A stretch of 64,000 nucleotides of DNA from Haplodiscus bocki (taxonomy: Eukaryota), in the NCBI GenBank assembly GCA_965655095.1, contig OZ296651.1:62310001-62374000 (forward strand), read 5' to 3'. The notes beneath the pieces were generated by a model. The model was given only the letters and a program-made list of their open reading frames with translations. It made no database searches and had not been told where the DNA came from. Of the stretch, positions 12,366-25,114 are shown one piece after another. The translations under genes and the position numbers were made by a program. The stretch's first letter is position 1. Each line of letters starts with the position of its first letter.

Positions 12366-15300
12366 AGAGCGAGAGTGGTTGAAAGTTATTCTGTGTTTCG
12401 GCAACAGTGTTGGTGTGCGATCCAATACTGATCTCGAGTTGAAAATCTAGAACCGTACAGAGAACGGCGTGCGAGAGTACCGCGATTCGCGGTAGCGCCT
12501 CGAAACGATTTCTAATTACGCCATTTGAGCGTGCATCAGCTTCAATCTCTTCGAGATTTCCTTTAATTAATTGTCATATTCGCTGAGTGTGCTATTATAG
12601 TGATTGTTCGATATCTACCCTGATCCTACTATTACTCGGCAACCTAATAACTGTAACGTATTACATTGTACTACCACGAAGTATTTAAACCTAATTATTC
12701 ACTTCTTAACGTATTTACCCAATTGAAAAACGAAATTTCCTTCAAAGATTCAATTGAAAACCTTCTTTGTTGCGAAATATTGTTTTCATCCCTTCTCAAT
12801 CAAGCAAGAGCCTCAGAAAACAGCAACGAGACAACCTGTTGAGCGATCGTTCAGAAATCAAAGTGTTAGGCATATATTTTGCAAAAGACCGCCACCACCC
12901 TCAAGTCACAAATTCGCTTGTGTACATTAAGGTTATAAATTTTTGTGGATCTCAGCCGTGCTCCCCGTCTCGTGGGCAACGGTACTACGGTTTAATTGAG
13001 TTAGAGCCGAAAACTTCGGTTCGAAAGCTTTTATCAATATTCTACAAATTTTTTCAAAAATGCTTCGCTATGTATGCCGAACAAACCAAGTCGAATTTTT
13101 TCACTGAGATGCTGCCATTATTCCAAGAAGATATCAATATCGTGCCAAGAAACGCTAACAAGTCGCTATCTCGAGAAAAATGAAAGAAACATCTGGATTG
13201 GTATTGACGAGGCGCCAGTGATTCATCCTATATGTTTGGGAAGAAACGTCGAAGAAAAATGGCAAGCAACTTGTTGAAGATTGTAATGCTGATAACTTGT
13301 TTCAAATTTAAACTGGTCTCAAAATAGAGACTTTTCGCAAAAAACAATTAGGAGGCTCTGATGGTTCGGGAAGGTTTGAATTTATCCACAAAAGTCAATA
13401 TCGAAAGGTATCTTCCCATTTTTTTACTCAAAAATCTAATCTAATTGGCGTAAATATGGAGGATTTCGTAGGTAGTTAGAGTATCTCAGCAAACAAAATC
13501 ATCGATTGCAAATTCTGTTTTTTCAGTGGAAAGTTCGTTAAAAAGGTGAAAAAGGTGATGTTTCAGTTAGCGAGCTTTTCGCTTTTAATTTTCTGGCAAA
13601 TTATCCCGACAGAGCTCCATTGAAGTTTGACTGGTAGAAATTGCGGGTATTCATTGTCATAAAGCAAAGCGTCGCGAAATTTACCTCGGAATGCCAGTAA
13701 CTCCGCCCATTTCTTAGGAAAGAACTAACTAGTTTAATAAATTTTATATAACGTAGTCCGAAAGTCAATTCGGCAGACCTTTTCTTGGAGAAAATCAATA
13801 AGAAATACACAGTTCTGTGGAATTTACTTTTAGTTGACGCAGTATCTTCGCTCCACATTGATAACAACTGCAATTGATGTTTAGAGAGCGGAAACTGTGA
13901 AATTTATGTCTTAATTCTGCTGTAAGTAAGTTCCTCGAACAAACTAATTTCATTGAAGACAAAAAATTCCACCTGCTTCAAAATCAAATTAGTTCTTTTG
14001 TTCAACAACTTTGTAGGAAGGTATTTCCAAAATCTGTAGACTAGATTGAGATGTGAGCCTCCATAGAGTTGACATTTTGAGTTGAGAAAAGTAAATGAAA
14101 ATATCGGCACCTATCAGTGGCAACAAGGTTTCTAGAAAAGCTGTTTTTTCCATGAAACGCCGATAACTACCAGTATTTTTTATGATATAAGGGACAAATT
14201 CCTGTTTTTTGGTGGCCTGTACGCCTTCATCATTGAAAAATTTAGGAGAAAGTTGTCACATGATTTAAATATGAGTAAACCAAAAATGACTTCCAATGAC
14301 AAACCAAAGCAATGAGGGAATTAATTCAGAAACATCGCATCATGAAAACGCATAAACATTTCTCAGAACTTCGAGACTTTTCCAAACTTTCCTGGTTCTC
14401 TTTTTCAGACTTTTAGATTAGATTTTTTTTGTAATTCTGTCTGCGAGACAGGGTGTTAATACACTGTTATTGTTTCCATCTGTTTGGTGGCTCCATCCTT
14501 TTCTCGAGATGTCATAGTTGCACTTCCACAATTCTCGTGTCGAACCTTATACATCTTGGCTCTGTGAGATATCGTCGTTTTATTACTGGTTTTTCGTCAG
14601 AGAATCAGCAAGAAACAGCAACTTGTGAGAACTGCATTTAATTACGAAACGAATCGGTTTTGTCGAAAATGGGAGTGGATTATGCGTGGACGCAACCTTT
14701 TATTAAGATTCGTCTCTCCTTTTGATCTTCATTTTTGTTTTCCCCCCCCCCCTTTGTTTTGTGTTGCAAACTGGGTCAACAAGTTAGCGCGACCGGATCA
14801 CCAAAAAACGAGGTTATTTATTTTGGGTTTCATTTTCGACACCAGCAATAAGCTTTGATATTTGAAAAAATTACATTTCTGGTTTCAACTCGTGTCGGTG
14901 GGACTTTTTTCAAGGTTTTTTCAGAAGAATTTGGATAGTGAATGTGTCGCTAGATAACTTTATACAGAGAAACCAACAGTCGAAAAAAACACTAGAAAAT
15001 ATGGAGAATGATTATAATTTGCTTAAATACGTATAAAAACTAATATCATGAGAACTTACGTTAAAATTTAACTGAGCTGAAATGATGTTAAGTTAATCAT
15101 TTTGTAGTCTAACATGGACTACTTCGGGACAACGCTAACTAATGAATGAGCTTGAGTAGAGATCTAAATGTGTTTAGTTTTTACGTACGTCAACACTATT
15201 TAACCAAATCGGTAAAATGGGACTTCTAGTGAACATTAAACATAGTGTTTTGTTTTTCCCTTGGAGAAAAATCTAAAAGGGCAGTGTTCTATTGTAGTAC

Positions 15301-15419
15301 TTTCCGTCTTCATATATATTACGAAAAGGAAATCATTTTCCCACTATGTAGACTTTTTATCCGCTGATTTGCCAAACCTGGCAGCATCAACTCCAAATTC
15401 TCGAACTTGTTCTATTCTA

Positions 15420-15690
15420 CTCAAATGTTCATTTGGACACGGAGAAAGCAGTTCTGACAACCGACCCAAAATATTTCCGATGAACTTCCGAAAAATGTAA
15501 GAAAAAACAAAACTTTTCACTGGCTCAAATAGTTCACCTTAGACATTCATATTGCATTTTTTTACAGATCCAGCCAAGAATTTTTCGCTCAAAGTCCGAA
15601 ACAAATGAAGAAAGTTTGAACAATCTTAACGAAGTTTTCTCGCTCTAAATGTTCGTCTGGACCCGTAAAAAGCAGTTTAGACAACACAAT
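15420..15690 (+). repeat. Degenerate ~105-120 bp tandem repeat (about 3 copies)
   Basis: Units start ctcaaatgttcatttggacac..agcagttctgacaac (15420), ctcaaatagttcaccttagac (15524) and ctaaatgttcgtctggaccc..agcagtttagacaac (15645). Confidence 0.55.
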
Positions 15691-18600
15691 TTTATTGAAA
15701 AAAGCCGGAGAAAAATTAACAATAATTCAATAATTCCTGACACAGTCAATTAAACATAAAAGTTTTTGAACTTTTGTTCGACTTCGACTATCAATTGATC
15801 ATCTGTCCTGGTTCCTCAGGAACCAAAAAAAGCGAAACAACTTCGAGAAAATTTTAGCTAGAACACATCATTCTGTGATCCCTGCTTGTCAAAAGAAGCA
15901 ATATTGAACTTGCAGGATGCTGAAACTCAGTTTCTTCCGAAACCACATTTTTCATTTTTTTTCTCAATCCGTAGCTTTTTAATTGAGCAGAACCCTTCAA
16001 AAAAACACTATCAGTTCTTTTGCACCCGATTCCTGGTCGGCCGAAAATACCAAAAACATTGAAATGCCAAAGACGTGGCAATAAATTTTGGATACCAACC
16101 GATTGTTATCGCAGCTCAATGAAATGACGTTCAGGTAAAATTCGGATCATTCGAAGTAAAAAGGCAGATGAAGAAATCTTTGACAAGACATAGAAGCAAT
16201 TATTAGAATAAAACAAAAACCGATTTTATTCCATCAATCGGAATCCTGAGAGTAAAAACTGCAGAAATTGCTTTTTTTGACATACCTCGAATTTCACATT
16301 TATGTTCCCCAAGTACTAATGGCTTCCGTTCTCTAAAGAAGTTCTCAATAAGCAGTTTACAATCTGTAGGATTATGCCATTGAAAAGGTATCGTTACACT
16401 CTTTGATAATTTTGACAGATTTCAGAATTCAATTTCATAATTCAGCAACACAACCTGCATCAGTCTCAATGCAAGGACCTCAATCATTAGTTTCTTACTG
16501 CAACGAAACTTTTTAAAAAAAGTATCAGTTTTTTTGCGACCGTTTTCCGACAGGCCTAAAATGCCAAAAATTTAAAAATTATTTCAAGAACTCGGTTTTC
16601 AAACTAATTTTTCTTCAAAATTACAAACTTGAATTCTGCAATCAAAAGTTGAATCGACAGATCAATACCACGGGAGGTTTATTCATTAGAATAGGCATGG
16701 ATCGTAGTCCTTACGCGGGAATCTTGATGGTCCAAAGAGGCCAAAAACTTTATTTATTTTGACAGATGCCGATATTCACATGCTCTTTTGTCCATAACTT
16801 CTGGCTTGACTTACCCCAACGAGATATTAGTTGAAAGATTTCTCTCTAAAGAAATTTCTTCGAACTCATATTCCGAGATTTTTGTAATTGCAACAAATTG
16901 TTCATGATAGTGCCCTAAAGTGCGTTTAGTATTGCTATTCTTTTTTTATTATGCTCATGATAGTATTAAAGTTTCGGCTAAAATTACTCGAGCTATTTCT
17001 CAATCGACTGCTTTCTATGTTTCCCAAAATTTCGTGAAAAAATTTTCGGCCAGATAAATAGTTTTTTGAAATTAGATAAGTAACCAAGCAGCGTTGGAAT
17101 CGCAATCAAAGGATTCATAGTGGACATCATTGTTGGAAACAAGATGTTTTTCCAACGTTTTGCCAAAAAAACACCTGTTTGGCAACATGCTGAAACACCG
17201 TTTTGAAAATAAACCAAAGTGAGCTGATGCAATTTAGATCAACTAGCTAATTTTCAGTGCAGTCCTTAGTCCTTGCAGTTTTTATTCAGTTTCCCAAGAC
17301 TACTTTTGACAAAACTTTTGGATTCTCATGTTGTTTTTTCCGGAAACATTTTGAAGTCATCTGTTATGATAAATTCCCTCACAATTTTCAAAACTTTCGA
17401 AACATTTCAAAATATACTTGAGCTTTTGGCCTCAAAACGTTTTTGACAAATTTATGTTACAAAAGTGTTTGACTGAGATTATTCTTAGCCTTTGACCAAT
17501 AACCTCTTGTCAAAACTGTGTTATAAAACAACCTGAAAGTCTTGAATATATTTGCGGTTCTGAATTTTTGAATCTACAAGTTCTGTAGAATTACCAATTT
17601 TCAAGCGAACTTTAGTCACTACTATTTAATGAAGTAAGTAGTTTTGTTAGTTTTGTCTGTTTTTTTCAAACTCTAACTAATTCAAGACTTTTTTCATTCA
17701 CAAAGTTTGTGATGGTTTCTCAGAGACAAGACAAAAGAGAAGTGGAGAAGGTCTCATGGACTTTTTCAACCAGTTTTGGACACAGACACTGAACTAGAAA
17801 ATGATCTGAGCGAGACTTTAAGTTCTGATTTTCAAAAAACTGATTTTGAGAAACAGATTTAAAGAGTTTACGACGGTCAGAACTTTTCTCCTACCGCTTA
17901 GAGAGTTAAAGTATTTAAATTTTCTTCCTGGAGGGTGGACTAAGAAATCCAATCGCCTTTTTATTGTGATAAAATTTTAGAGCATTTTGAACCCAAACCA
18001 GCTGGAACAAACAGTGGAAGAAACGAAACAGTCCGTTATCACTGAAACCAGCGTTCAGCAATTCGTTGGCAGCATTGAAGCAGAACTTTTTATGGATCAT
18101 GCTGATCCAAAACGCTGCCCCAACACTGAAGATAGTAACCGTAATTGGAAAATGTATCTCGCGAAATCCCTGGATCAGGAGAAATTTCCGCTTTCCACAA
18201 AATCCCAAATGCCCCCGCCCGTTTTCCATCTAGAACAGAATCATTACATGGGGACAAGAGCAGCTCCCTATACGATGACAAAAGCTACAGTTTTTCCAGG
18301 AGGACAAGTTTCAATAACAACCAAAGCTGACACGACTTTTCTTTCAGACATTGGATATGGCCACAGTTACAAATCTATTGATTAACTGGCACCAGCAATG
18401 AACAAAGATGAATCACAAACCACACAACCTGGAAAACTCCTCAGATCTGCAAGGACAAGCACATTTATTTTATCTGGGAAAACGGAAAGATTGAGCTGTT
18501 TTAAAATTTTCTGAATACCTGCACCACAAACAACCCGACGTGAATGAGGGCACGAGAGGCACCTACTTCCATGCCCATTTCAGAACCCCAGCTCAACGGA

Positions 18601-19450
18601 CTGTCAGGAACAACCAACTTAACTTCACAACCAACTGTGGTAGAAACTTCGTTCCTCTTTCGATACAAACATGCCAAGCCAGAGTTTGTTGCGACTGGTA
18701 AATATCGGTGGTACCATGTGAAGCTTGATCCTTCATAACTGAACATCCCAATTGTTATAGAAGAATTCCAGGAAAGTTCCGAAGGAGCAATTGGTGAAAT
18801 GACAAAAAGGACAAAGAGTGTGTTTATGCCAAACGGCGCCAGACCTCAAGAAATCTGAAAACAAAGCTTATGTTGAGAAAGAAACTTATGCTTGGTTTGT
18901 TAAATACATGGAAGATGCAAGGGAACTCCAGGGACTTGTTCCAGATGAGCAATTTCGCAAAACAAACGTCCCTCACAAAACGTACCCAGTCTGTTGAGCC
19001 AGAAAAGAAAAGTGCAAAAACAGCCAAAAAACCGAACAAACGAAGAAAAACCAACGTCATTACTGGAAACAAGAGTTTCATTTCCGAACGGAAAGCTCAA
19101 ACAAAAACACTAATAAAAACAAGAAGCCGAACAAGACTTTCAGCATGATTAACCGAGGTTTGAAAAGGAAAAAGAAAAGACAGTTGTACAAATTCTGGAA
19201 GGTTGTTGGTTTAACCTAAACATTCTTAGTCATCCAAAAGAATCAAGTTATACAACAAAAATCTGCCACTCAAGATGAATCAGAAGAACCAAAACTTCAA
19301 AGCAAAAAGAATTTTTGCTAGAGAAGCGACTATTCTCTTTAACAGATCCAACGACGCAAATCAATTCTCTTAAAAAAAGATCTTGTTATCATTTTTTACA
19401 GCGTCAGAACAACAAAAACAAAAGCAGAATCATCGACTGACTGGCCTAGG

Positions 19451-19650
19451 NNNNNNNNNNNNNNNNNNNNNNNNNNNNNNNNNNNNNNNNNNNNNNNNNN
19501 NNNNNNNNNNNNNNNNNNNNNNNNNNNNNNNNNNNNNNNNNNNNNNNNNNNNNNNNNNNNNNNNNNNNNNNNNNNNNNNNNNNNNNNNNNNNNNNNNNNN
19601 NNNNNNNNNNNNNNNNNNNNNNNNNNNNNNNNNNNNNNNNNNNNNNNNNN
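19451..19650. other. Assembly gap (200 N)
   Basis: Run of N. Confidence 1.
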
Positions 19651-20549
19651 CAATTTCTCATTGGCCAACGCCTCACTGAGCAACCACTGACGAAGAACAA
19701 GCTCCTTTACTTCATCTTGTCAAACAAAGTGCTATTGACGTGATTTTAGCGTAGCTGACGGCAACCAAGCCTTTACTTACTCCGCCGTAGTACCTTTCAG
19801 AACTTGCGTCAAAAGCACGCCAAAAACCAGAAAATTGAAGTGGAGCAGAATTAATATAAAAATGACGCCAGCGCAACATAAATAGCCAACAGGGATCATA
19901 TACCCTTACTAATGATGATTTAACATGAACATACGTAAACGTTAATTGAGAAACCCATGTAATAGTGTTTCCCAATACTCTTAGGATGGGTGACAACTAA
20001 CGTAAAGCAATTGACGAAGAACGCTAAGAGTAGGTCAAACTACCTATTTTGGAGAAAAGTTTTAACCGCACATTCTCAGGCTCATTTAGTGCTATGGAAT
20101 AAGTATGTCATATATATTCAATCATGACTCAGTTTCGTTCGCTCAATTTTACCAGTGCTTGATAAATTACTTGAAACTCTTTTCCCTAACTATATTATCA
20201 CAATTGCAGTTAGTAATAGTTATTTTTTGATTGTCATGCAAAAGCTCTTTTCTATCTTTTGCTGATTTTTTAAAAGATCATAACTTGTCTTAGAAGTACG
20301 TAAATGTGATGTCATGATTCAACGCTAAATTCTTTCTTGATGTTGTAGTTTCAGTTACGATTTTGCCTTATCGTCATTCCTGAGAATGACCTAATTGTAG
20401 AATGACAGAGAGAAAAACCCTCAGTTTTCTATGATACGAAGTCTACGGAAGGCAAGCACAATTAACATAAATTTCCCGCAGATCAGTTGAAAGCTCAATT
20501 TCAACGTTTGTCAAGAATAATTTTCCATTCAAATAGAAAATTTACTTTG

Positions 20550-23500
20550 ACTATTGATTCATTACTTTTGGTTGTTTTGTTGCATTCTTTTGATTTGTAT
20601 TTTAACTTTATTATATCTATTTACGATTTCCAATCTACATGATTTTCAAACGAATGAGAATTACCAGCACAAAAGTCAACTTAGCCAATTGAAGGAGACT
20701 CTAAACCATTCTGTCATTGACAACAATACCAATAAAAGTGCAATAGGAGACGAGACCTTAGAACCTTAAACCAACAACCGTTCTAATAACTTAGGCAGGA
20801 TTGTAGTTGGCGAAACAGTGTAGGTCAAAATCAATTCATTTAAAACAATTTTGACGACAACTTTAGAAACGTCGTCGATGGAGCCGTTATGGTTGTCGAA
20901 AATCGAATGCATGATGCGAGTTGAGATGGCTGTGAGATTAATCACCGAGTCATCAGGAGGGGGACCCAACAATGTGGTTCACAACTCTAATTGCAAGGAT
21001 TTTACGGCAAACACTGAAAACACCTCGCTCATGTTGACCTCTAGCCAAATGGATTCAAACGTTGATCAAGCTGGAATTGATGAGACTCGTAATGTCGAAA
21101 ACTTCGTGGATTTTGATTTTCCGGCATTAAGTCCGAGTTATGAACGGCGAGCTTACGCTCATCACAGGTTGAGTCTGATGGCGTCGAACCAAAATCCTTT
21201 GCCTGAAAAGGAGGCAGGTGATTTATTTCTTTTGTTAGTGGCATGCCCCTCGATAACTAACGTGTTTTTCAAATCCGGAATAAGTTAGTCCCATTATTTC
21301 CAATATTTTTACAACCCTTTTTCTTACTTTCTTCTGGGCCTGTTGCAGGAGAGAACGCCCACTGCCATAAGGGTGATGAACAAATTTTTGCGGAAATTTT
21401 CGCGCCACTTACCACAACGCACACAGAAAAAATACTCATCCAATGTTCCCATAGTAATTTGCCGATTTGAAGTAGTAACGGCGCCCTGTCTTGATAAAAT
21501 TGTTGGCGGACCGGTATTCAAAGTTAAAACTACATGAGCGAAAATATGTGGAATGAAAAACAAAGCGCCGGGAAGTTGAATAATAAAAAGTTGAAACCGC
21601 GCCACACATTCCCTCCGGCCGCGCTGTGTTAAATTTACAGAACCTTCAGGATAATGGCAGCATTATTCAAAGACGCTTGTACCGGTAAATGAAGTAGAGG
21701 CTCCCCAAACTTTTATGCCTTTGTTCAATAAAGCAAAAGAAGCGCCACAACCGATATCTGTAAAATGGAAAGTGAACCATGGGCCTTTTATCAAAAATTC
21801 TAAGCAATCAGTAAAACCGTGGCTCTTGAAACAAAATGAGAATGAACAATGGCGGAAGTCCATATCCGTTGCGATAGAATTTGAGAAGATACGGGTAAAA
21901 GTATAGTTAGGACTTTTGGTAATTTTGGTTAGGGGGTTGAGATGCCAAAAAGTACATCTTCACAAGTTGAAACAGGATGGTCACAAAACAGTTGTAATAC
22001 ACCTGAACGTTTTACATTAACAGCATTAAACCAGGTACACTGGACAAAGGAGAATTTACAGTAGAATTCACATCGCAAAAAAAATTGAAACGGGGCCAAA
22101 AGTCATTAATATTTGAATGATTGATTGCTAGTTCTGACGGATTTAACAGGGACAGGATTCAAAATGTTTTCGGTGAGCTCCAAAACCTTCAAAGTACGTG
22201 TGTCAAAAGTAGAAGAATAAGAAAGTTCATTTTGTTTCCAAATCAATTAGATTTGCCTTTTTGCAAGACTAAACTTGCTGCGTTAGCTCGCGTGATTGTT
22301 GTGAACTTGAGTAGTCAAAATAACAAATAAAATTGAAAAATGAACTGAATAAACACTATATTTGAACAGAAGCAAGCAGGGCATCACGTTTTAGTTTGTT
22401 GCACTGACCCTGGCACGTGTGTTGACATAGCAAAGCTGCCAGGGCTTAAAGTATAATTTTATTTCTCATTTGAAGTCAAACTTTAACGTTGTTTTTCCAA
22501 GCGACTATTATAGATGAAGGAAAGAAGTTTCCATCAATGAAAAATAAGATTCAAGAAAAACATGTTGGGAGAGTTTCTTTGCGATCGAAGAATTAGAAAA
22601 TGTCGTGAAATTTTAACGAATTTTTTGAAGGTCCGGAAACAGTTAAAATGTGAATTCTATGTTCAGTTGCAATAGCGTGAAAGTGAAAGCGGAGTGGAAA
22701 CAATATGTTATAAATACAAAAAAAATTTATAGGACAAAATTTGGAAAGAATGTTGACCAGGCGCGCAGCGGCCACCACCACTCGTATAAGCAAATTTACG
22801 CTGCCGTGTCCCAACAGTACAGTTTTTTTTCAAATCGATCCTAAAGTTTGCATCGAAAGTTTTGGAAGATGAAAAAATATCGAAAAAGGTTTTGATGGTT
22901 CAGAATTGCATCCAAAGGAAAAGTTATGTCTGGAAAATGAGTGAAATCGGACTAAAAAGAGATTGTAAAAAACGTTTGTGAACGAAATGCGAAGTGAAAT
23001 GAATAAACCACGCAACAATAAAGGTCAAAAATGTCCCAAACGGAAGATTTTTGAATAAACTAACGTGCGTGAAAAGATTATTTTGATTACCTTTATGCAT
23101 TTTAAGAAACGAGGCAAGAAGTTGCCAAAGAACCCACCAAATCGCCAGAAATCGCAGTTTTTCTCCGATCAGTCAAAAACGTCGCCAATAGATACTCTCC
23201 GGAGTACGACTAAATACTTTGGCATAAAAAGGTTTAGAACGAGTGTATCAAGTTCCACGTGTGTGCCACGCTTTTTTTGAATTAGCAAGTTTCTTGGAGA
23301 CTGGAAATTCGACTTGCAAAACTGCTAGCCCTCGTCCACCTTTTTGAAAATACCAAGCTCAGAACTCACTAAAAAGTTCCTATCAACATTCGCCAAGAAA
23401 CTTACCCAAATTTTTTCGAATTTTTGCCTGTATGTGAAAAAATTGACTTTGAATTTGGACCTAAGTGGTCAGTTGTGACCAAAATTGCTACTTTTGGAAA

Positions 23501-24890
23501 AAAGTTGATTAGCTTTTCCCTGAGACCATTCTCAGAGGTTGGCCTTCCTCTAAATTACTACCTGTAAAATTTACTAACATATGTTCGTTCCAGTTTTAGA
23601 AAGTTTCTATATTCGGAGAAAGATGACATCAAAATGACTAAGAGTTGACTTTACAGTTTCGAAATTTTGACTACTTTGAAAAAGTTGCATTTTTCGAACA
23701 TACAAAATGAGAATAAGTATAGGAAAGCCATTTTGCTAAACACTACATCAAAAACGGCATGTAATGGTCTGCTTATTTCGTAACTTCGGTTTTTATGATT
23801 GACACATCATTATTTTTGAACTTTTGGACAACTTTTGCACCTGTCTTGGGACATTTGTTTTTGCATGGAAATTTCGATAAAAGTAGTTAGCACTGGCTTG
23901 ATTTTTGTTGATTTTGGGACGAGTCAATTGCGCATAACGAATAAAAAGCTAACGCCTCAACCGAAAAAAACTTGTCATTCAGAAAAACGAAATAATTTAT
24001 TGGAAACGAAGACGATTTTTCTTCGTCGTTTTCAAACACCCCTGTTGTGCCAGTGGAAAGGACCGAAATTAATTATTCATAGCTGATGTAGGCCACAAAA
24101 ATCAACACCGAGTAGTTGGCAAAATGATGATTTTGAGGCCGAAGTGGATTAAACGACATTACCAGCCAAAAATTGATAAGTCAACTAAAAAATACTGGAT
24201 ACGATTAACCCGATGAACAATGGCAAGTTCGAAAATAGCCCAAGCTTAAAAGAAAACGACAGGTCAAACTCCAAAGAGCGTACCTAAAAGAAGGGGAGTT
24301 GTAATGCTGGGCAGTCGCTATTTTGGTTGAAGCGGCTTTTTTTTCAGCTGAGTCCCGGATGGTTGTAAGGAAATCTATTTTTGACAATTATATTGCAATT
24401 GTTTTTTTTGAGCAGTCCGGAACTGTTGATTTTGAGTAGTTTGTTAGATTAGGAATCTATTGATGATAGTTATTCAGTTTAGTTATGAATTGAATTGCGG
24501 TTCTGGTGAGCAAGCTAATTCGATTGATATCGAAAGGAGTTTTTCTGACTATCAAGGCAAAGTATTTATTGTTTCCCTTCAGAGTGAAGGTTTCTATTAT
24601 TTGAACCGTCGTTAAGGTACTTATTGGAAGTATTTCTTCAGTATTTTTTGGAAAACAGTTCTATAACGACACCGTTCCCTATACTGTTAACTTGTGTTAC
24701 TTTATTTTTACTGTAATTACTCACCAATATATGGGACCTTTGACTATTGTAAAAAAGATTTCCGGAAACATATAATAAAACCCGATAAACAGCAAAAAAC
24801 CTGAAAGTACTAAACAAGCTCCAAAAATCTTCAAAAATAATATCTCCTGAAAAACTTTATTCTTTAAAACATTGAAAAATGTCACCTTCT
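20550..24890 (+). mobile_element. Diverged second copy of the JmjC-containing LTR sequence (solo-LTR-like)
   Basis: Collinear homology: 21290~9072, 22342~10101, 22503~10263, 23441~11280, 23947~11787, 24310~12168, up to ~24430~12283. Outer boundaries are guesses. No gag/pol adjacent. Confidence 0.75.
21190..22262 (-). pseudogene. Decayed JmjC paralog
   Basis: KGPWFTFHFTDIGCGASFALLNKGIKVW and IIQLPGALFFIPHIFAHVVLTLNTGPPTILS match copy 1; multiple frameshifts. Confidence 0.9.
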
Positions 24891-25114
24891 AATTTTAAGT
24901 CCCAGCCAGGCGCCCCTAACCGTAATTTCAACCTTCAGAATCAACTCAAAAAACTGAAAAAAACATCAAAGTCACGTTGAGTTTTTACTCTCCTGGAATT
25001 TGTACACCCGTTTAGTACGGTATTTTCGCTGCATAAAATAGTGCTTCCGTTTTTGAACCATTTGCATACTCTTAAGATTACCCTTAAAAAATTTGTTTCA
25101 GTTAAGTTTTTTTA

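Larger units (their letters stand above)
1..12744 (+). mobile_element. Ty3/Gypsy-type LTR retroelement with env (5' LTR and gag lie outside the window)
   Basis: Domain order PR-RT-RNase H-IN, then env-like ORF, extra ORF, PPT (8759-8767) and TG-starting LTR. Right boundary inferred. Confidence 0.9.
8768..12744 (+). repeat. Putative ~4 kb 3' LTR
   Basis: Starts TGTGGAAAAT right after the PPT; candidate end ATTTCCTTCA at 12735-12744 (7/10 inverted match); ATAAATA at 12301 and AATAAA at 12359-12364 in promoter/poly(A) order; a collinear homolog recurs at ~21.2-24.4 kb. The 5' LTR is not available to confirm. Confidence 0.6.

Noticed and set aside
12767-13280. Possible non-LTR RT C-terminal fragment (IKVLGIYF, YGLIEL)
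   Set aside because: Only two weak motifs and no catalytic core; not supportable without a search.
13300-17900. Short ORFs in the intervening AT-rich region
   Set aside because: No recognisable motifs; lengths expected by chance.
19383-19700. ORFs spanning the N run
   Set aside because: Artefacts of the assembly gap.
24905-24925. Possible tRNA-Lys-like PBS (ggcgcccctaaccgt) after the second LTR copy
   Set aside because: Lacks the TGG start, the match is short, and no gag follows.
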